The notes beneath the pieces were generated by a model, which did no database searches, was not told where the DNA came from, and worked only from the letters and a program-made list of their open reading frames with translations. From contig OZ024746.1 of assembly GCA_964016885.1 (NCBI GenBank), forward strand, positions 35,154,001 to 35,218,000: DNA of 64,000 nt, written 5' to 3'. Below, in pieces: positions 1 through 14,827 of the stretch. Numbering within the stretch: position 1 is the stretch's first letter; each line of letters starts with the position of its first letter. Both the position numbers and the translations under genes were made by a program. Source of the DNA: Eledone cirrhosa. Taxonomy: Eukaryota.

Positions 1-830
1 TTAAATATTCACCTACTTTGTAGTTTGTTAAATTTTCTATGTCAGATCGGAGAAGGTTTATTTGGCGATTGATGTTCTCTTGCCAAGTAGATTTCTTATG
101 GGAATTCCTTTGTTTTTTCATTTTCACTCCACATAAGTGAGTGGTAACTTTAGCCGATGCATAATAGAGATGATTTAGATCAGTAATGTTTAGTTTGTTT
201 GTGATGATAATGTTTTTGAGAATTATGTTTTTGAGAATTATTATTATTATTATTATTATTGTTCTTTGAGTCTCAGTCATTGATGTTAGTTAACTGGAAA
301 GTTTGTTGAAATGAATATCAAGCCACTACCTGCAGCCTCAGATATATAGGACGTATCGGAATGTTCTTGCTGTTCCCAGCAAGCATGCCTTTTGAAGTGT
401 TCCATTATTATATTATTATTGTTATTGTTATTATTATTTTCATTATTATTATTTATAGCGTTTTTCCACTGCACACCCGAAAGCAGTTGTCTATGTTTTG
501 GGTGTCAGCAGTATTTTGTTATCGTTCTGCATTTTTTACTGCGTCGGCACTAATGTATGCACAATGCTTAGTAATGCTATTTTCTCTATGTTCAGTTTAT
601 TATTTTTCTCCCGTAATATGGTTATCTATTTGTTTGCATGCTATTTTAATAATTCCCATGTTACTCATTATTTTACGGACTGTTTGTTTTCAGTTGCCAG
701 AATCTTCTTATCTGGTTTCCTCTATTTCCAGCCTTATATATTTTTATAATTTCTTCATTTCTCTGAGAAATACATTTTATAGTTTAGTGAAAACAATACT
801 TTGGTTAGATATTACATGAATTTCTATGCC
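1..830 (-). pseudogene. Decayed N-terminal part of an R4/Dong-like (RLE-type) non-LTR retrotransposon ORF, running off the window start
   Basis: Minus-strand hand translation gives LNITDLNHLYYASAKVTTHLCG..(frameshift)..KSTWQENINRQINLLRSDIENL at about 1-195 and W..RKPDKKILATENKQ at about 685-735. These resemble the pre-RT region of R4/Dong ORFs. Many stops and frameshifts. Confidence 0.5.
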
Positions 831-1269
831 TATTGACGAAGTTATACTCTCGATTACTCAAGAACCCCGTGTCTATATGGAGTGGCTTATGAGAGTGCAT
901 GGTGACTTTTTCATTTTTTTTAGAACTTTATATGTATGAATAACCCCTTTTACGTTAGTATTTCATAATGCTGATATAATATCCTGCGAAATCACCAACT
1001 ACTTCATGTCGGTAAATGTGATATTCGTGGTTCACCCTTAGAATAGTTTAGTTTCTAATAGAATCACTTTATTACTCTCCTGCAATCGAAAAGCCCCTAG
1101 TCCAATACGTGAGACATGTGCTTCTCAACCAGTTTTGTCTATATTTACTCTGTTACTTTACCGGGTATTCTCCATTTAAAGACTTCTGATGTATGTTCAT
1201 TCTTTCATTATATATTCTGTCGTTTCAAGAATTTGTCCATCACTAATTTATATATAGGAGAGAGTGCTT

Positions 1270-1357
1270 ATGTATGTATGTATGTATGTATGTATGTATG
1301 TATGTATGTATGTATGTATGTATGTATGTATGTATGTATGTATGTGTGTATGTATGT

Positions 1358-1392
<35 letters not shown>
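1270..1392. repeat. (GTAT)n/(GT)n microsatellite
   Basis: Direct reading. Confidence 0.95.
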
Positions 1393-1394
<2 letters not shown>

Positions 1395-1645
1395 GCTACT
1401 TATCCTTCAGAATCTTCTTTACAAAGCTAGTTCGTTTGAACCCCTGCTATTTTCCTTCACCATTTTAAGCATCACTTTCAGATTATAAATGTTCTATTAT
1501 TTTCTGGTTCGTTATTTTATGAGTGGGATTTTTGAAGCTATTTTTGGGTGAAATAAATGTTTTTTTTTATTTTGTTTTTTGTTTGTAAGTTTTCATGTAT
1601 ACATTCATTCATACCAACGTGAACTGTACATTTATACATAATTTA

Positions 1646-1790
1646 CAGTGGAAACTCAGTTAGCAAACGACTATCACCACGAACAAACACGCAAGCCGAC
1701 AACAACGGTTGGCGACAAGTGAGGAGAATCGATGGCAAAGAGTCACTTGCCTTTATGAATGAATTATATTCGTGAACCAACGTTCCACAG
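1646..1790. mobile_element. Short Tc1/mariner-pogo (Tigger-like) MITE remnant
   Basis: TA|CAGTGGAAACTCAGTT ... AACCAACGTTCCACAG|TA: imperfect TIRs with a TA target duplication. Confidence 0.55.
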
Positions 1791-1793
1791 TAT

Positions 1794-1901
<108 letters not shown>

Positions 1902-2075
1902 AGATATATATATATCCACCCTTGTTTCTGCTAGAATCTGGTAGCTCTATGTGAAAATGAGGCTAACCAGATCAAGTACATAGGTGTCAAAACTATGTTT
2001 TCGTCTATATTGAGTTCCAGCAGAGAGCAGGGTAAGGAGCACTGTCTTGATATCCACCTTTGCTTCTGCAGGAAT

Positions 2076-2090
2076 CCGCTAGATGGCGCT
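2076..2090 (+). promoter_or_regulatory. Candidate CTCF binding motif
   Basis: CCGCTAGATGGCGCT closely matches the bilaterian CTCF core CCACYAGRKGGCGC; motif match only. Confidence 0.35.
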
Positions 2091-3072
2091 ACATCATCAA
2101 TTTCCAAAATTCAAATTTATATTCATATACATAAAGTATATCACTAGATATACAAAATATTCATACATATATCTATACAGCTATGTTAAGAGCGATATAT
2201 ATATATATATATGTGTGTGTGAGTGTGTGTGTGTGTGTAGGTATATGTATAGGTAGACGACAACAGCCTTAATATACATGAGTTAGTGATAAACTACTTA
2301 AATTACCTGATCTGTTTAAATATTTTCGAGTGTCGGTAATTTTTTATGTATATATGTGTGTATTCGTGTGATAAATTACAGTAGAAACAAAATCAAAATA
2401 AATCAGTTAATATATATGAATAAAAGCAAAAAGTGAATGTAAGAATTCAACAAAAAATATGTATAAAAGAACAAATATAATACAAACATAAGGTTTCAGA
2501 AATTCAGGAAAAATATTGCTGTTCATAAAAGGATTTCACATAGTGAGTTTCAAAGCTTATGTACTGGATAACCTCATCTAAACTTCTTTGAAGTTGAAAT
2601 GTGGCAGACAAAGATGTTGGAAACCTCTTTAATAAGACTTCTCATTTCCCCGCCTTCCTACGTTACCACGACAGCGAAACAAATAACATTCATCGAATCC
2701 CCGCATTTCACATGTGTATATGTTTGTGTCCATGTTAGTCTATGTGTGCGGATGCTGTCACATCTTATCTCATTTACTTTCTTCATTTATCCCACTTTCC
2801 TTCACTTTCTCTGCTCTATTTTGTCCTATTCTACTCTACTTTCTGTCTACTGATGGCAATATCACCAACCGTTACGTATAGATTCAATTCTACTGCAGCA
2901 ACAATCGCTTTTGTATTTTTACACACACACATATATATATATATATATATTGATAGATAGATATATGCATTATACACATATACTCATATATATATATATA
3001 TATATATTTATAGATAGCTAGATAGATGTAAGCATTATACATTATATACATATACACATATTTATATATGTC

Positions 3073-3136
<64 letters not shown>

Positions 3137-3698
3137 CATATATATATAAATATATATACAGAGATAGAGTAATATAGATATATGTTTCTGAGTCGTTCTG
3201 TATATTTGCAGGGATATATATGTATATGTATGCATGTGGAAAAATATATACATATATATATACATACATACGTATATAAATAATCTTCGCGCATATTTAA
3301 TGCGTAGACACCTGAGGCACATTGAGATTAGATTTGTAATGCTTTGAAATTAAATCTATAATTTGAAAAGAGAAAAAAATCTGAAAGAGAAAATTGGATA
3401 AATGATGATAATTGTAATAATCAATGGTAGTATTTTCGTCGTTGTTTTGGTGTCACAAAGATGATGATAATGATGATGATAACGGGGAGAATAAAGTGGG
3501 AGTGATATTTGGGTAGAAAACCGTAATATTTAATGGCTTCGATTCCAATTAAAATGCAACTAGTTATATCAATATCTGTAAATGCATCACTGAGTAAGCG
3601 TAATTTCTTTATATGCCACAAGGTAAACCAGACACAAACGTTAAATGACAGTATATTCAGTGTCAAACACCATGTAATTACACGTATAATACAATTAA

Positions 3699-4135
3699 AT
3701 GATCATAGAGAGACATTTTCATATACAGACAACACACTCACACATACACACACACACACATTTATTCATGAATGTGCGAGTGTGTATTCAAACTCGCAAT
3801 AAGTAGATTTGTATGAGACATTCTTAAAATTGAATTTGTGCCGACGATGAACCCGCACATAGAAGTAATTTTCAAAGAAAAACAAAATCCAAAACGTAAA
3901 ATACTATTCAATGATGATAGAGAGCCATTCCCGTATAAAGACACACACACTCACATACCCTCACACCCACTCACATACCCCCCCCCCACACACACACACA
4001 CGCATACACACATATTCATGAATGTGCACGTGTGTTTGTATTCAAACTTGCAATGAGTAAATTTGTATGAGACATTCTTAAAATTGAATTGGAGTCGACG
4101 ACGATCCCGCACAAAGAACTCAATTTTACAAAAAT
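3699..4135. repeat. Diverged tandem duplication, 2 units of about 210-250 bp
   Basis: ATTCATGAATGTGC...TTTGTATGAGACATTCTTAAAATTGAATT...CCCGCACA occurs at about 3764-3860 and 4014-4112. Confidence 0.8.
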
Positions 4136-4298
4136 AAAAACAATTTTTAATGTAATACTTAATATCTCTTTATCGAAAAGAATTGGAATTCTAGAGCAGA
4201 TATAATTTAGGGTTCCTATATCATGTTACGAAGTGTTCTTGGTCCCTCCATTAAGGCCAGACTCTGCAAATTTTTGCCACCTATTATATGTAATTACT

Positions 4299-4477
4299 AT
4301 TGTCTCTACTTTTGGCACAAGGCCAGTGTATTACTGGTACTTTATTTTATTGACCCCGTAAGGATGAGAGGCAAAGTTAACCTCGGCGGGATTTGAACTC
4401 AGATCATAAAGGGAGGTAACTCTATGCTTCTAAGCATGGCGTCCGATCCTCTACCAATACTGCCAACCCACCGCCCT
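4299..4477 (-). mobile_element. tRNA-derived SINE (family A)
   Basis: Sense strand has A box TGGCAGTATTGG, B box GAGTTCAAATCC, central GCCTYTCATCCTTACGGGGTC.ATAAAATAAAGTACCAG and tail GGCCTTGTGCCAAAAGTAGA. Flanked by TATATGTAATTAYTAT direct repeats. Confidence 0.9.
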
Positions 4478-4515
4478 TATATATATATGTAATTATTATA
4501 TGAACAAATATGAAG

Positions 4516-4712
4516 TTGGTGGATTGGCAGTATTTGTATGACGTCGGACATACATATGCTTCGTGGCATAGAGATAAGACCCTATATGTTCTGAGGTCCG
4601 TCGATGTTAGCTTTGACTTTCAAAGCTTACAGGGTGGATAAATTAAAGCACTAACAATGCACCAGAATCGATTTCATCGACTTCCCCCATCCCTAATATT
4701 GTTGGCCTAAAT
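4516..4712 (+). mobile_element. Degenerate SINE family A copy
   Basis: GGTGGATTGGCAGTAT head with a diverged core and tail. Confidence 0.6.
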
Positions 4713-4930
4713 CATATACCATTATATGAAAAATCATTGAATGAACCATCGTTAGTATTGAGAGTGGCCTATCTGAGAAGGAAAATGAACTTGCATTCTG
4801 AAGAGTATTTTCTAACTCTGTTTTTAATATGGTGCTTTTCTTGTTGGTTCGAAGGAAAAAATATATATGAAACAACGTAACTGAATTTCAATAAAAGATG
4901 TTATTAGAATTTCGCATATAATATTACTAA

Positions 4931-5027
4931 TTAATTGTTTCTACTTTTGGCACAAGGCCAGCAATTACCCAGTACATTACTTGTAATTTATTTTATCGAC
5001 TCCGTAAGGATGAAAGGCAAAGTTACT
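4931..5027 (-). mobile_element. 5'-truncated SINE family A
   Basis: Tail and core match the other copies. Confidence 0.85.
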
Positions 5028-6691
5028 AATTAATGAATAGTATATGTAAAATGGGAAGTTATACCAACCGGAATGAATTCTGCTTCAATATAAACTACCT
5101 TGCCAGATATTTATGCCGGTATATATATATAGTGAGAGAAGTGTGGACGTCAGAAAATATTCTGTACAGATCATTATATTTATGTTTAAATATATATATA
5201 TATATATATTATATCTATCTATATATATATAAGATCTTTATAACATGTACAAAAATCGATGTTGTTTAGCAAAGCTTTCTTCGTGTTGGATTATCAAAAC
5301 ATAATATTTATTATTAGGTTAAATATTTTGGTTAAAACTCCGACATGCTGATTCACGACCATATTGGTTTAGGTCGTTTCTGTCCTTGTTAATATAAGGG
5401 ATACAATTGATTTGTGACGTAACTCTAACTTCCGATAACGTTGAAAAATTATGTTGCAATTGAATTTTCTGACAAAAGATTTTCTGATAAAGATTTTCTC
5501 CTTATTAATTCGACCTTGTCTGTGATTTTATAACTACATTGGTTGCGACCCGTGTTATCACGGATTATAATTTATTTATTTTTACATACGCGTACCACAT
5601 TTAGTTTCGAGTCACATGCGAAATACTGATGACCAACCAATATGTCTGGCCGTAATCATTGTATTTCTGGGATGCATTTAAGGTAGCGCCAGCAAAAGAA
5701 ACGTTGTATGATGCCAAAGGTCTACAAATACTTAGCAATTATATGTTTTTCGTTTCGATAGGGTGCAAAATTTATTCATTGGTAAAGACATTCTTTGATT
5801 CTTCTTTCGATGAGCTATAAAAGCCCCCTGTCTATCTTTAGAATACACAACGCAAAGTTTGACATAACAATATTATATTTAGAACGAATATGATATAGTA
5901 GGAATCTTATGCAACTAGAAATATATTATAAGGTATTCTGTTTGAAGCTACAAATATATATTGTAAAGAAACATGGAACACAATTACAAAATACTAAAAA
6001 ATAGGAAATGGACAGGAAAGGTTTACTGTTTTCAATGAAGAGAGTGACTGTGAATTAAATGACAGACAGGAGGTAAAAGAAACGATAAGATGAATTATGA
6101 AAAAAGTGAAAAATACTTAAAAGATGAGAATACAAAAAAAAACCTGTTTAGCATTAAATTCAAAAGGTTGAACAGAGAAACATACAATAAAATGTAACGT
6201 TATCGGTTAGAATTCAGAACACTGTCTTGCATGAGGAATCTCAAATAGAAGATTATATGATTATTATGAACTAATTAAAAAATGTATTCTCTTCTTAACC
6301 GCGTCATCAAATATGTCTAGCATACACATGAACATTCAAGAAATATCTGGTGACAATATTCCGAGTGGGTAAACAAATTTATTTATTTAACAAATATTTT
6401 CAAAAGATTATGTGTCTTCCATTGAGTAGCAATAGTGTCAATCAACAATTCATTATTCATATATATATTGTTCTCGGTATGGTGAACTAATTGTTGTGTT
6501 ACCACTTATATATATATATATATATATGAATGTATGTATAGTATATTTGGCAATATACGGTATGTTTAATTAAAAACATTGTGAAGACCATACACTATCA
6601 GTGTTAAAATGTTTTTAATTAAACATGCGGTATAGTGCCAAATATACGATACATACATTCATGTGCGCATCGCTATTTCAGAGCACCAATC

Positions 6692-7162
<471 letters not shown>

Positions 7163-7216
7163 ATACTTTGGGAGGGTCAAATTCAGAAACGAAATATATA
7201 TATATACATACATATG

Positions 7217-7982
7217 CAAATATATTACACAGAGAGAAGTGTGTTACACAGTGAGATGTGTGTCAAAAATTATTACATGCGAGTTTAACCGTTATTGTAT
7301 GGACAACAACACCTACAGGTTAGCAATTAAATAGAAAAAAACGAAGTCAGAATCAAATTTCTGAAGTGGAGTTTTAAATTAATAAACTTATAACTATAAG
7401 CTTACTGATACAAATTTAGTTCGTTTCACCACAGAGATGTGCGGTATAACAGCCCATAGGATCCTCAGTCAGCAAGTATGGGTACTGTTCACGACACATC
7501 TAGCCTAATGGATAGAGAGAAAGCTAATAACACGCTGTTCAGAGTAGGGCGAAATCACGTGTTATTTGCATCAAATAACGGCTGTCATGTATTGGGGGAA
7601 AATGCTAGAGAGTGCAGCCCAACCATTCGAATTTATTAGCTCAACAATCTGGAGGTCGTTATCTATTAGGCTAGATGTGTCGTGAACAGTACCCATATTT
7701 GCTGACTGACTGAGAATCCTATGGGCTGTTATACCGCACATTTCTGTGGTGAAACGAACTAAATTCGTATCAACAAGCTTATAGTTATAAGGTTAGTAAT
7801 TTAAAACTCTACTTCAGAGATTTTATTCTGACTTAGTTTTTTTTTCTATTTAATTGCTAACCTGTAGGTATTGTTCTCCATACTGTAACGGTTAAACTCA
7901 CATGTAATAATTGTTTACACACATCTCACTGTGTAACACACTTCTCTCTGTGTAACACACTTCTCTCTGTGTAATATATTTG
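7217..7982. mobile_element. Fold-back element with about 300-bp inverted arms and a 145-bp spacer; probable Penelope-like pLTR remnant
   Basis: 7217-7514 is the reverse complement of 7660-7982 with scattered mismatches. Bounded by (TA)n. The arms contain a hammerhead fold. Confidence 0.8.
7401..7476 (-). ncRNA. Type I hammerhead ribozyme (canonical core); degenerate inverted copy at about 7699-7777 (+)
   Basis: Stem I CUUGCUGA/UCAGUAAG (8 bp), core CUGAGGA, stem II CC..GG, GAAA, stem III ACGAA/UUUGU, GUA cleavage triplet. Confidence 0.75.
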
Positions 7983-8214
7983 TGTTTGAGGTCAGATGAA
8001 AATTCTGTTGTTCTTCGAGCTAGTATTATTATTACTGTGAACTGCGGAATACTTTAATTCCGATCTATGTATACATATATATATGTGATATATATATATG
8101 TATATATATATATGTGTATATATATATATGTGTGTATATATATAATATATATAGATATATATGTGTATATATATATATATGTGTATATATATAATATATA
8201 TATATATATATGTG

Positions 8215-8256
<42 letters not shown>

Positions 8257-8283
8257 TATATATATAATATATATATATATGTG

Positions 8284-8314
<31 letters not shown>

Positions 8315-8315
<1 letters not shown>

Positions 8316-8412
8316 TTATTAAAATAACAGATTAAAGTTTAAGCAAAGAATCGCTGCTTTCACCCTTAACGGGATCTTCTCTGGATGTTAGTCTTCAATT
8401 TTATTATTATTA
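8315..8412. mobile_element. Fragment of fold-back family E (see 24228-24443)
   Basis: ATTAAAATAACAGATTAAAGTTTAAGCAAAGAATCGCTGCTTTCACCCTTAACGGGATCTTCT is identical to 24228-24291. Confidence 0.85.
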
Positions 8413-8435
8413 CTATATATATATATATATATAAT

Positions 8436-8628
8436 AATAATTGTTTCTACTTTTGGCACAAGGCCAGCAATTATTCCAGTGCATTACTGGTACTTTATTT
8501 TATCGACCCCGTAAGGATGAAAGGCAAAGTTAACCTCGGCGGGATTTGAACTCAGATCATAAAGGGAGGTAACTCTATGCTTCAAAGCATGGCGTCCGAC
8601 CCTTACCGATACTGCCAATCCACCGCCC
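8436..8628 (-). mobile_element. Full-length SINE family A
   Basis: A/B boxes, core and (ATT)n tail. Confidence 0.9.
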
Positions 8629-8649
8629 TATATATATAATAATAATGAT

Positions 8650-8732
8650 GGCTGCGCGTTGCACATGGTGGGGCATATGAAAAAGTAGGTCCTTCATCAG
8701 TGACCCTCCAACCGTCCCAGGCATTTCATCGC
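8650..8732 (-). ncRNA. Conserved CUGAUGA-containing structured motif, family K (also 53795-53874, 54327-54406, 60500-60580)
   Basis: All copies share AUGAAA-N23-CUGAUGA-RGGAC-N~20-CCAUGUGCAAC with invariant spacing. Confidence 0.45.
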
Positions 8733-8793
8733 TTTAAGGGCCATATGCCTCAGGTTGGTGCGAACAACGGCTAAAAAAAGTCGTTGAGACACG

Positions 8794-8939
<146 letters not shown>

Positions 8940-9012
8940 TATATATATAATATATATATAATATATATATAATATATAATATATATATATATTATATATA
9001 AATATATAATAT

Positions 9013-9046
<34 letters not shown>

Positions 9047-9110
9047 ATATATATATAATATATATATAATATATAAATATATAATATATATATAATATAT
9101 ATATATATAT

Positions 9111-9295
<185 letters not shown>

Positions 9296-9360
9296 TTACT
9301 ATTTCCGGTCAGCATGGCTTGACTAGAGATTTAAAGACGCTGGTTTGAGACCTTTACTTC

Positions 9361-9395
9361 CCTCCGAAGAAGAGATATTATCTCGAAAATTAAGG
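9361..9395 (+). ncRNA. Minimal hammerhead-like motif with CCGAAGA core
   Basis: CCU-CCGAAGA-A-GAGAU(AUU)AUCUC-GAAA-AUU-A-AGG, followed by AATAAA; palindromic AAUU stem III. Confidence 0.5.
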
Positions 9396-9512
9396 ACATT
9401 TAAATAAATTCAAGGTGAAAGACGAATTCACATCAATATTATTCACTATTGCATTCTTTTTTCTATGTCCATACCTGCATTGTCTTGGCCTTATTACACA
9501 TATTCAAACGTT

Positions 9513-9619
<107 letters not shown>

Positions 9620-9620
9620 G

Positions 9621-9980
<360 letters not shown>

Positions 9981-10059
9981 TAGTTCCCACTCTACTACTG
10001 TAAGTATTGAGTATCCTGGTGCGTTATGGTCCATCTGGTTCCTAACCACAATTCCTTTG

Positions 10060-10100
<41 letters not shown>

Positions 10101-10249
10101 GAGGGGCACTCTGAGGTACTGAGACCGAGGAGGCTACAAATTATGGGCGTTCTCAATGCAGATGTGGTGTAGATGTAAGTATAATCCGACCCGCGTCGTC
10201 TTGGTCGGGATTATACATCCCCCCTCTCTCTCTCTCTCTCTGTCTCTCT

Positions 10250-10294
<45 letters not shown>

Positions 10295-10351
10295 AATATA
10301 TATATGTATATATATGTGTGCCTGTGTGTGTAATATATGTGTAATATATGT

Positions 10352-10390
<39 letters not shown>

Positions 10391-11264
10391 GTGTGTGTGT
10401 AAAATATGTGTGGGTGTATCTGTGTGAGTGTATTATATTTTTGCAATTTCATTTCATATAATTGAATTTATCTTAACATTTTTTTCGTTATCAACAGTAA
10501 ATAAAAAATGCACACCACACACACAAACACGCAAACACACATACACACACATACACACACACTCACACACAACATATAGAAGTGTGTGTGTTGTGTGTGT
10601 GTGTCTGTGTATGTATGTGTGTATGCGCGTGTGTGTGTCTGTGTGAGACTTGCTCAAAAAGAAATTATATATATATATATATATCTTTTTATTTCTACTC
10701 AGAATTTATTTGTTCAAAGTAGCAAATAGTATGTGATTTGTGAATGTATGCGTGTTTACTTGTGTATATCCTATGCGGTTATGGTATGTGTCAGTTTGTG
10801 GTGGAGGAGTTGTCGTGATGTATCGTAATTGATTAAATTGACTGAACCAATGCAGAGTTTAAATAGTATATGAAAAAGAAAGAAAATATATATACATATA
10901 TATATTTTAAAAAACGTAGATTATTGAGATGGAAATAGATGGAAATGTGTAGAAAACGAAAGAAAGATTAAGAGAGAAAGAAAGAAATTGAGAAAGAAGG
11001 AAAGCAGAAAGAGCAAAAAACACAAAAACATGCAAACAATGAAGAAAAGAAGGGAAGAAAGAAACAAATGAAAAGTCAGGAAGGAAGAATGGAAGACAAT
11101 TTTAATGAATGAATGAATAGAATATTGAAAAGGTAATTTAAGGAAAGTAACGTAAGGAGGGTGCATATAGATATAAACATGTGTATGTGAGAGCATATAC
11201 ATATATACGTACACACAGACACACATATATACGTATACACACACACACACATACGTACACACAC

Positions 11265-11324
<60 letters not shown>

Positions 11325-11440
11325 GAAGGCGTGTGGCTGAGTGGTTAGAGAATTGGATTCACAATCTTGAGGTTGTGAGTTCGATTCGCGGACCGGGTGA
11401 TGCGTTATGTCCTTGGGCAAGACACTTTATTTCACGTTGT
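11325..11440 (+). mobile_element. Second tRNA-derived SINE (family B)
   Basis: A box TGGCTGAGTGG and B box GAGTTCGATTC, then TGTCCTTGGGCAAGACACTT (CORE/V-SINE-like central motif). Confidence 0.75.
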
Positions 11441-12344
11441 TCCTTCTACCTGGAGTTGCGGCAGATAGATAGTACTAGCAACTGGAAAGGCCGACGGAAA
11501 CATTGTTTCCTCGGTCCGATTTGACGAAAGTCGATCGATCCTTTAATATATATATATATATATATACATATGCATGTGTGTTTGTGCGTATTAGCGTTAG
11601 TGATCGTGATGTTGGGATGGGGTGGAGATTTGTGTAGGAAGAATAACGTCTTTTTTCCCCTTTTTCTAAAGAAATAAGACGAAATATAATTGGTCTTCGG
11701 TTAATGGTGGAGGTCATGGAAAGGTAGTGATATTGCGGGTGATTAAAGGTAGTTGTGCCGTCGTAACTATTGGTGGTTGTCGAGAATATCATGAAGGTAA
11801 TGAGGGGTAATGTCCGTGATAATTATAGTGTTGTTTAGAGTTAGTTCTTGGTGATGGTGATGTTTTGATCAAGAGCATTTCTGATTGAGTAAATCTGTAA
11901 ACAAAACATTCCAGCCATGGCCATTATCACCCGGTTCTCGGTGTGGGGAACATATAAAGCTCTGTTCCCAAAGTATGCTGTTTTCTTGGACGATAATATG
12001 AATCCTATAGGAGATTGGCCTTTTAATTCTAACCGGTGAAACATGCAGCCACGTTGAAGCGTATTCGGCGGTCAAAACAAATAGAACCAAAAGTACCAAA
12101 AGTCTTTTTTAACGGACTCTTCTTACGGACACTCCCAAACCACCACTTTAATAATGATGGGACGGGTTAGAAGTATTTGTTGTTAATGGAACTGAATGAC
12201 ATTTTCATGTAGTATGGCGATGACAAATGTTCGTAGTGCTGCCAAAGATGTTGTGTGTGGCAATGGTGAGAATATTAGTGATGATTGAAGATGGTATTCA
12301 GGTTGGGAGAAGTGAATGGAAATGGAATGTAAGAAAATGTATGC

Positions 12345-12377
<33 letters not shown>

Positions 12378-12399
12378 CGCACCTACACACATACATAAA

Positions 12400-12439
<40 letters not shown>

Positions 12440-13106
12440 CGCATGCTATAAAAATCTAGAGAAAAGCAGTAAGAAAAATCGAAAAAAAAAAGCGAGAAAA
12501 GAATGTAGGAAAATGAAAACGTACAGAAAGTTAAATGGAGAAATGAGAGTGAAATGAAAGAAACAACAATAGATGAGGGGAAATGACGAAAGCAATAGTG
12601 CAACTTCGAAACAACTGATAAAAACAGAAATAATGCAAGGAAGAATAGAAGGAGGAGGGCGACGAAATCATGAAAATGCAAAGAAAGAAAGAAAGAAAGA
12701 AAAAAGAAGATGGAATAACGCTAAACTATATCACAGAAAATACAAGGAAAATATGAGACGAAGGGAAAATATGCAAGAAATGTTTGAATTTCAAGATATT
12801 GTGAAAGGAAATTGCAGCATTTAACAAAAAGAAAATGTTAAGAATGTAATGTAATTGGGAATAATGAAAAGTCTGATTCATCTCTGCCATCACTATACCG
12901 CCTTCACCACCTATGAAAAATACTACATTATAAAAATAATAAAAAGAATGGAATTACAAAATAACATTAAAGACTTGAACATTAATAGAGAGGTAAAATA
13001 GCACAGCAATAACATTTTCGTACGCCAACGAATTATGTACAATCTTCACCATTTACTGATTTGATTCTGTTATGACTTACATCCGGAAGTACGTTGGGAA
13101 TCCTGC

Positions 13107-13144
13107 CTCACTGATGATGTCACAATAAGACTGAAACATGTGAG
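13107..13144 (+). ncRNA. Degenerate minimal hammerhead
   Basis: CUCA-CUGAUGA-U-GUC(ACAAUAA)GAC-U-GAAACAUG-UGAG; lacks a proper NUH triplet. Confidence 0.4.
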
Positions 13145-13212
13145 AATATTGTTTCCCTCTTAGAGTAGGAAAATATAATGATTTTTACGAAGAGAGGACA
13201 TATTTTTAAATT

Positions 13213-13372
13213 GACCCCAGTGCGTGACTGGTGCTATATTTTATCATCTCCGTAAGGATGAAAAGCAAAGCTAACCTCGGTGTGATTTTAAGTCAGATCG
13301 TAAAGGGGTGTAATTCTATGCTGCAAAGCATTTTGTTGGACGCTCTACCGATACTGACAATGGACGGCCCTA
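13213..13372 (-). mobile_element. SINE family A (older copy)
   Basis: Core and head similarity. Confidence 0.8.
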
Positions 13373-13650
13373 CAGCAGAAAACATAATGGCATCAATCAG
13401 TTATTGTTGCTAGTTTATTTTTATGTAGTGAGTAACAATGGCTTTTCTTTTATCGTTTAGTCCGGGCATCTTCCATTATATTTTAGCAAGGTAGCTGGGA
13501 TAAATTAAATGGAAAGAAGGTTTCCTCAAATCAGAGACCTTGTTCAAAATCTTACACGTCTGGAGACAGGCTATAACTCAAATTTTCAGAACAGACACTA
13601 TACTTCCAATCCACCGCCCTAGAGGGTACGATAATTTATCAACTCAAAAA

Positions 13651-13985
13651 TAATTGTTTCTACTTTAGGCACAAGGCCATCAATTTGAAGGGGAGGGGAA
13701 AGTCGATTAAATTGGTCCCGGTTCATTACTGGTACTTTGTTTTATCGACCCCGTATGGATGAAAGGCAAAGCCAACGTCTACGCGATTTCAACTCAGAAC
13801 GTAAAGGGTCGTAACTCTATGCTGCAAAACATTTTGTCCGGCTTCTACCGGTTCTGCCAATTCAAAAATGATGAAAATTGACTAGAGTTAACCTCAGCAG
13901 GATAAGACCTCAGTGTGCAGAGGGCAAGCACAAATATTGCATTCTGCTTTGTCCTACGCTCTGACGCTTCTGCCACTTTACTGCT
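13651..13985 (-). mobile_element. SINE family A (13651-13861) plus degenerate SINE head (about 13885-13985)
   Basis: Tail, core and head match the other copies. Confidence 0.8.
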
Positions 13986-14787
13986 AAATCAGCCGCTATG
14001 TATTAAACTAGCTGAATCCGTTAAAATTCTTTTGTTTAATTAGAAATAACCATCAAGTATTGAAAATCGATATGCTATTTTGAATATTTTATTTATAAGT
14101 TATAAATACACACGGAAATAATATATACAATTCTTAATTACACATACACAACACAAGAATACAAATCGAATATATTTAATGAATGATTGGAAATACGAAT
14201 ATTTTGAGAAGAAACAATATATTTCAAAAAACGTAATTCCTGCTTTATCTCTTTCTCTTCCCCTCTTCTTCACTCTCTCCCGAACACATTCTTATCATCT
14301 CCTCGCCATAAAGTCGTGTTACAACGTAGGGTTAAAGGAATGTAAGCAACAGCGCCGCCGCCACTAGATCCCTCTCTCTCTCTCTCTGTCTTTCCTTATT
14401 TCTCCTCCTCTCTAACTCAAGCACATACAAACACCAACAAAGAAACACATACCACCACATTTCCATAAATATTGCTAAAGCACGAGATTTGAATATAAAG
14501 GATATTCGGAAATTTCGGTTAGATATATATATTTAGATTTACTAGATACGAGTGACTTCTACGGGATATATATCCTTATAACAGGCGAGAACAGCGAGTT
14601 TGTTTCAATCTCTAATCCATATGGTGTCAAAAAATGTTAAACGGCCAGGGCAGAAATAAATAGGACTGGTCGTCGCATCGGCTAGAAAGTGCTGAGATGT
14701 ACTGTATTGACTGGCAATCGCACGGTAACAAACCAGTTGCGAAAAAATCTGTTCAGAACGTACACATCAGTTAATGTTACCTAGAAA

Positions 14788-14827
<40 letters not shown>

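Noticed and set aside
5548-5580. CCGTG-TTAT-CACGG hairpin as a Helitron 3' end
   Set aside because: No downstream CTRR and no identifiable 5' TC end.
8650-8732. Family K motif as a SECIS element
   Set aside because: AUGA is present, but no matching 3' GA quartet at the right distance was found.
11325-11400. Possible tRNA gene
   Set aside because: A and B boxes are present, but there is no clean acceptor stem and it continues into a SINE central domain.
14680-14796. Minus-strand T-tract-CTAG|GTAACA followed by 32 open codons
   Set aside because: The poly-T abuts a microsatellite, the donor is weak and the peptide has no recognisable motif; not supportable as an exon or ratchet point.
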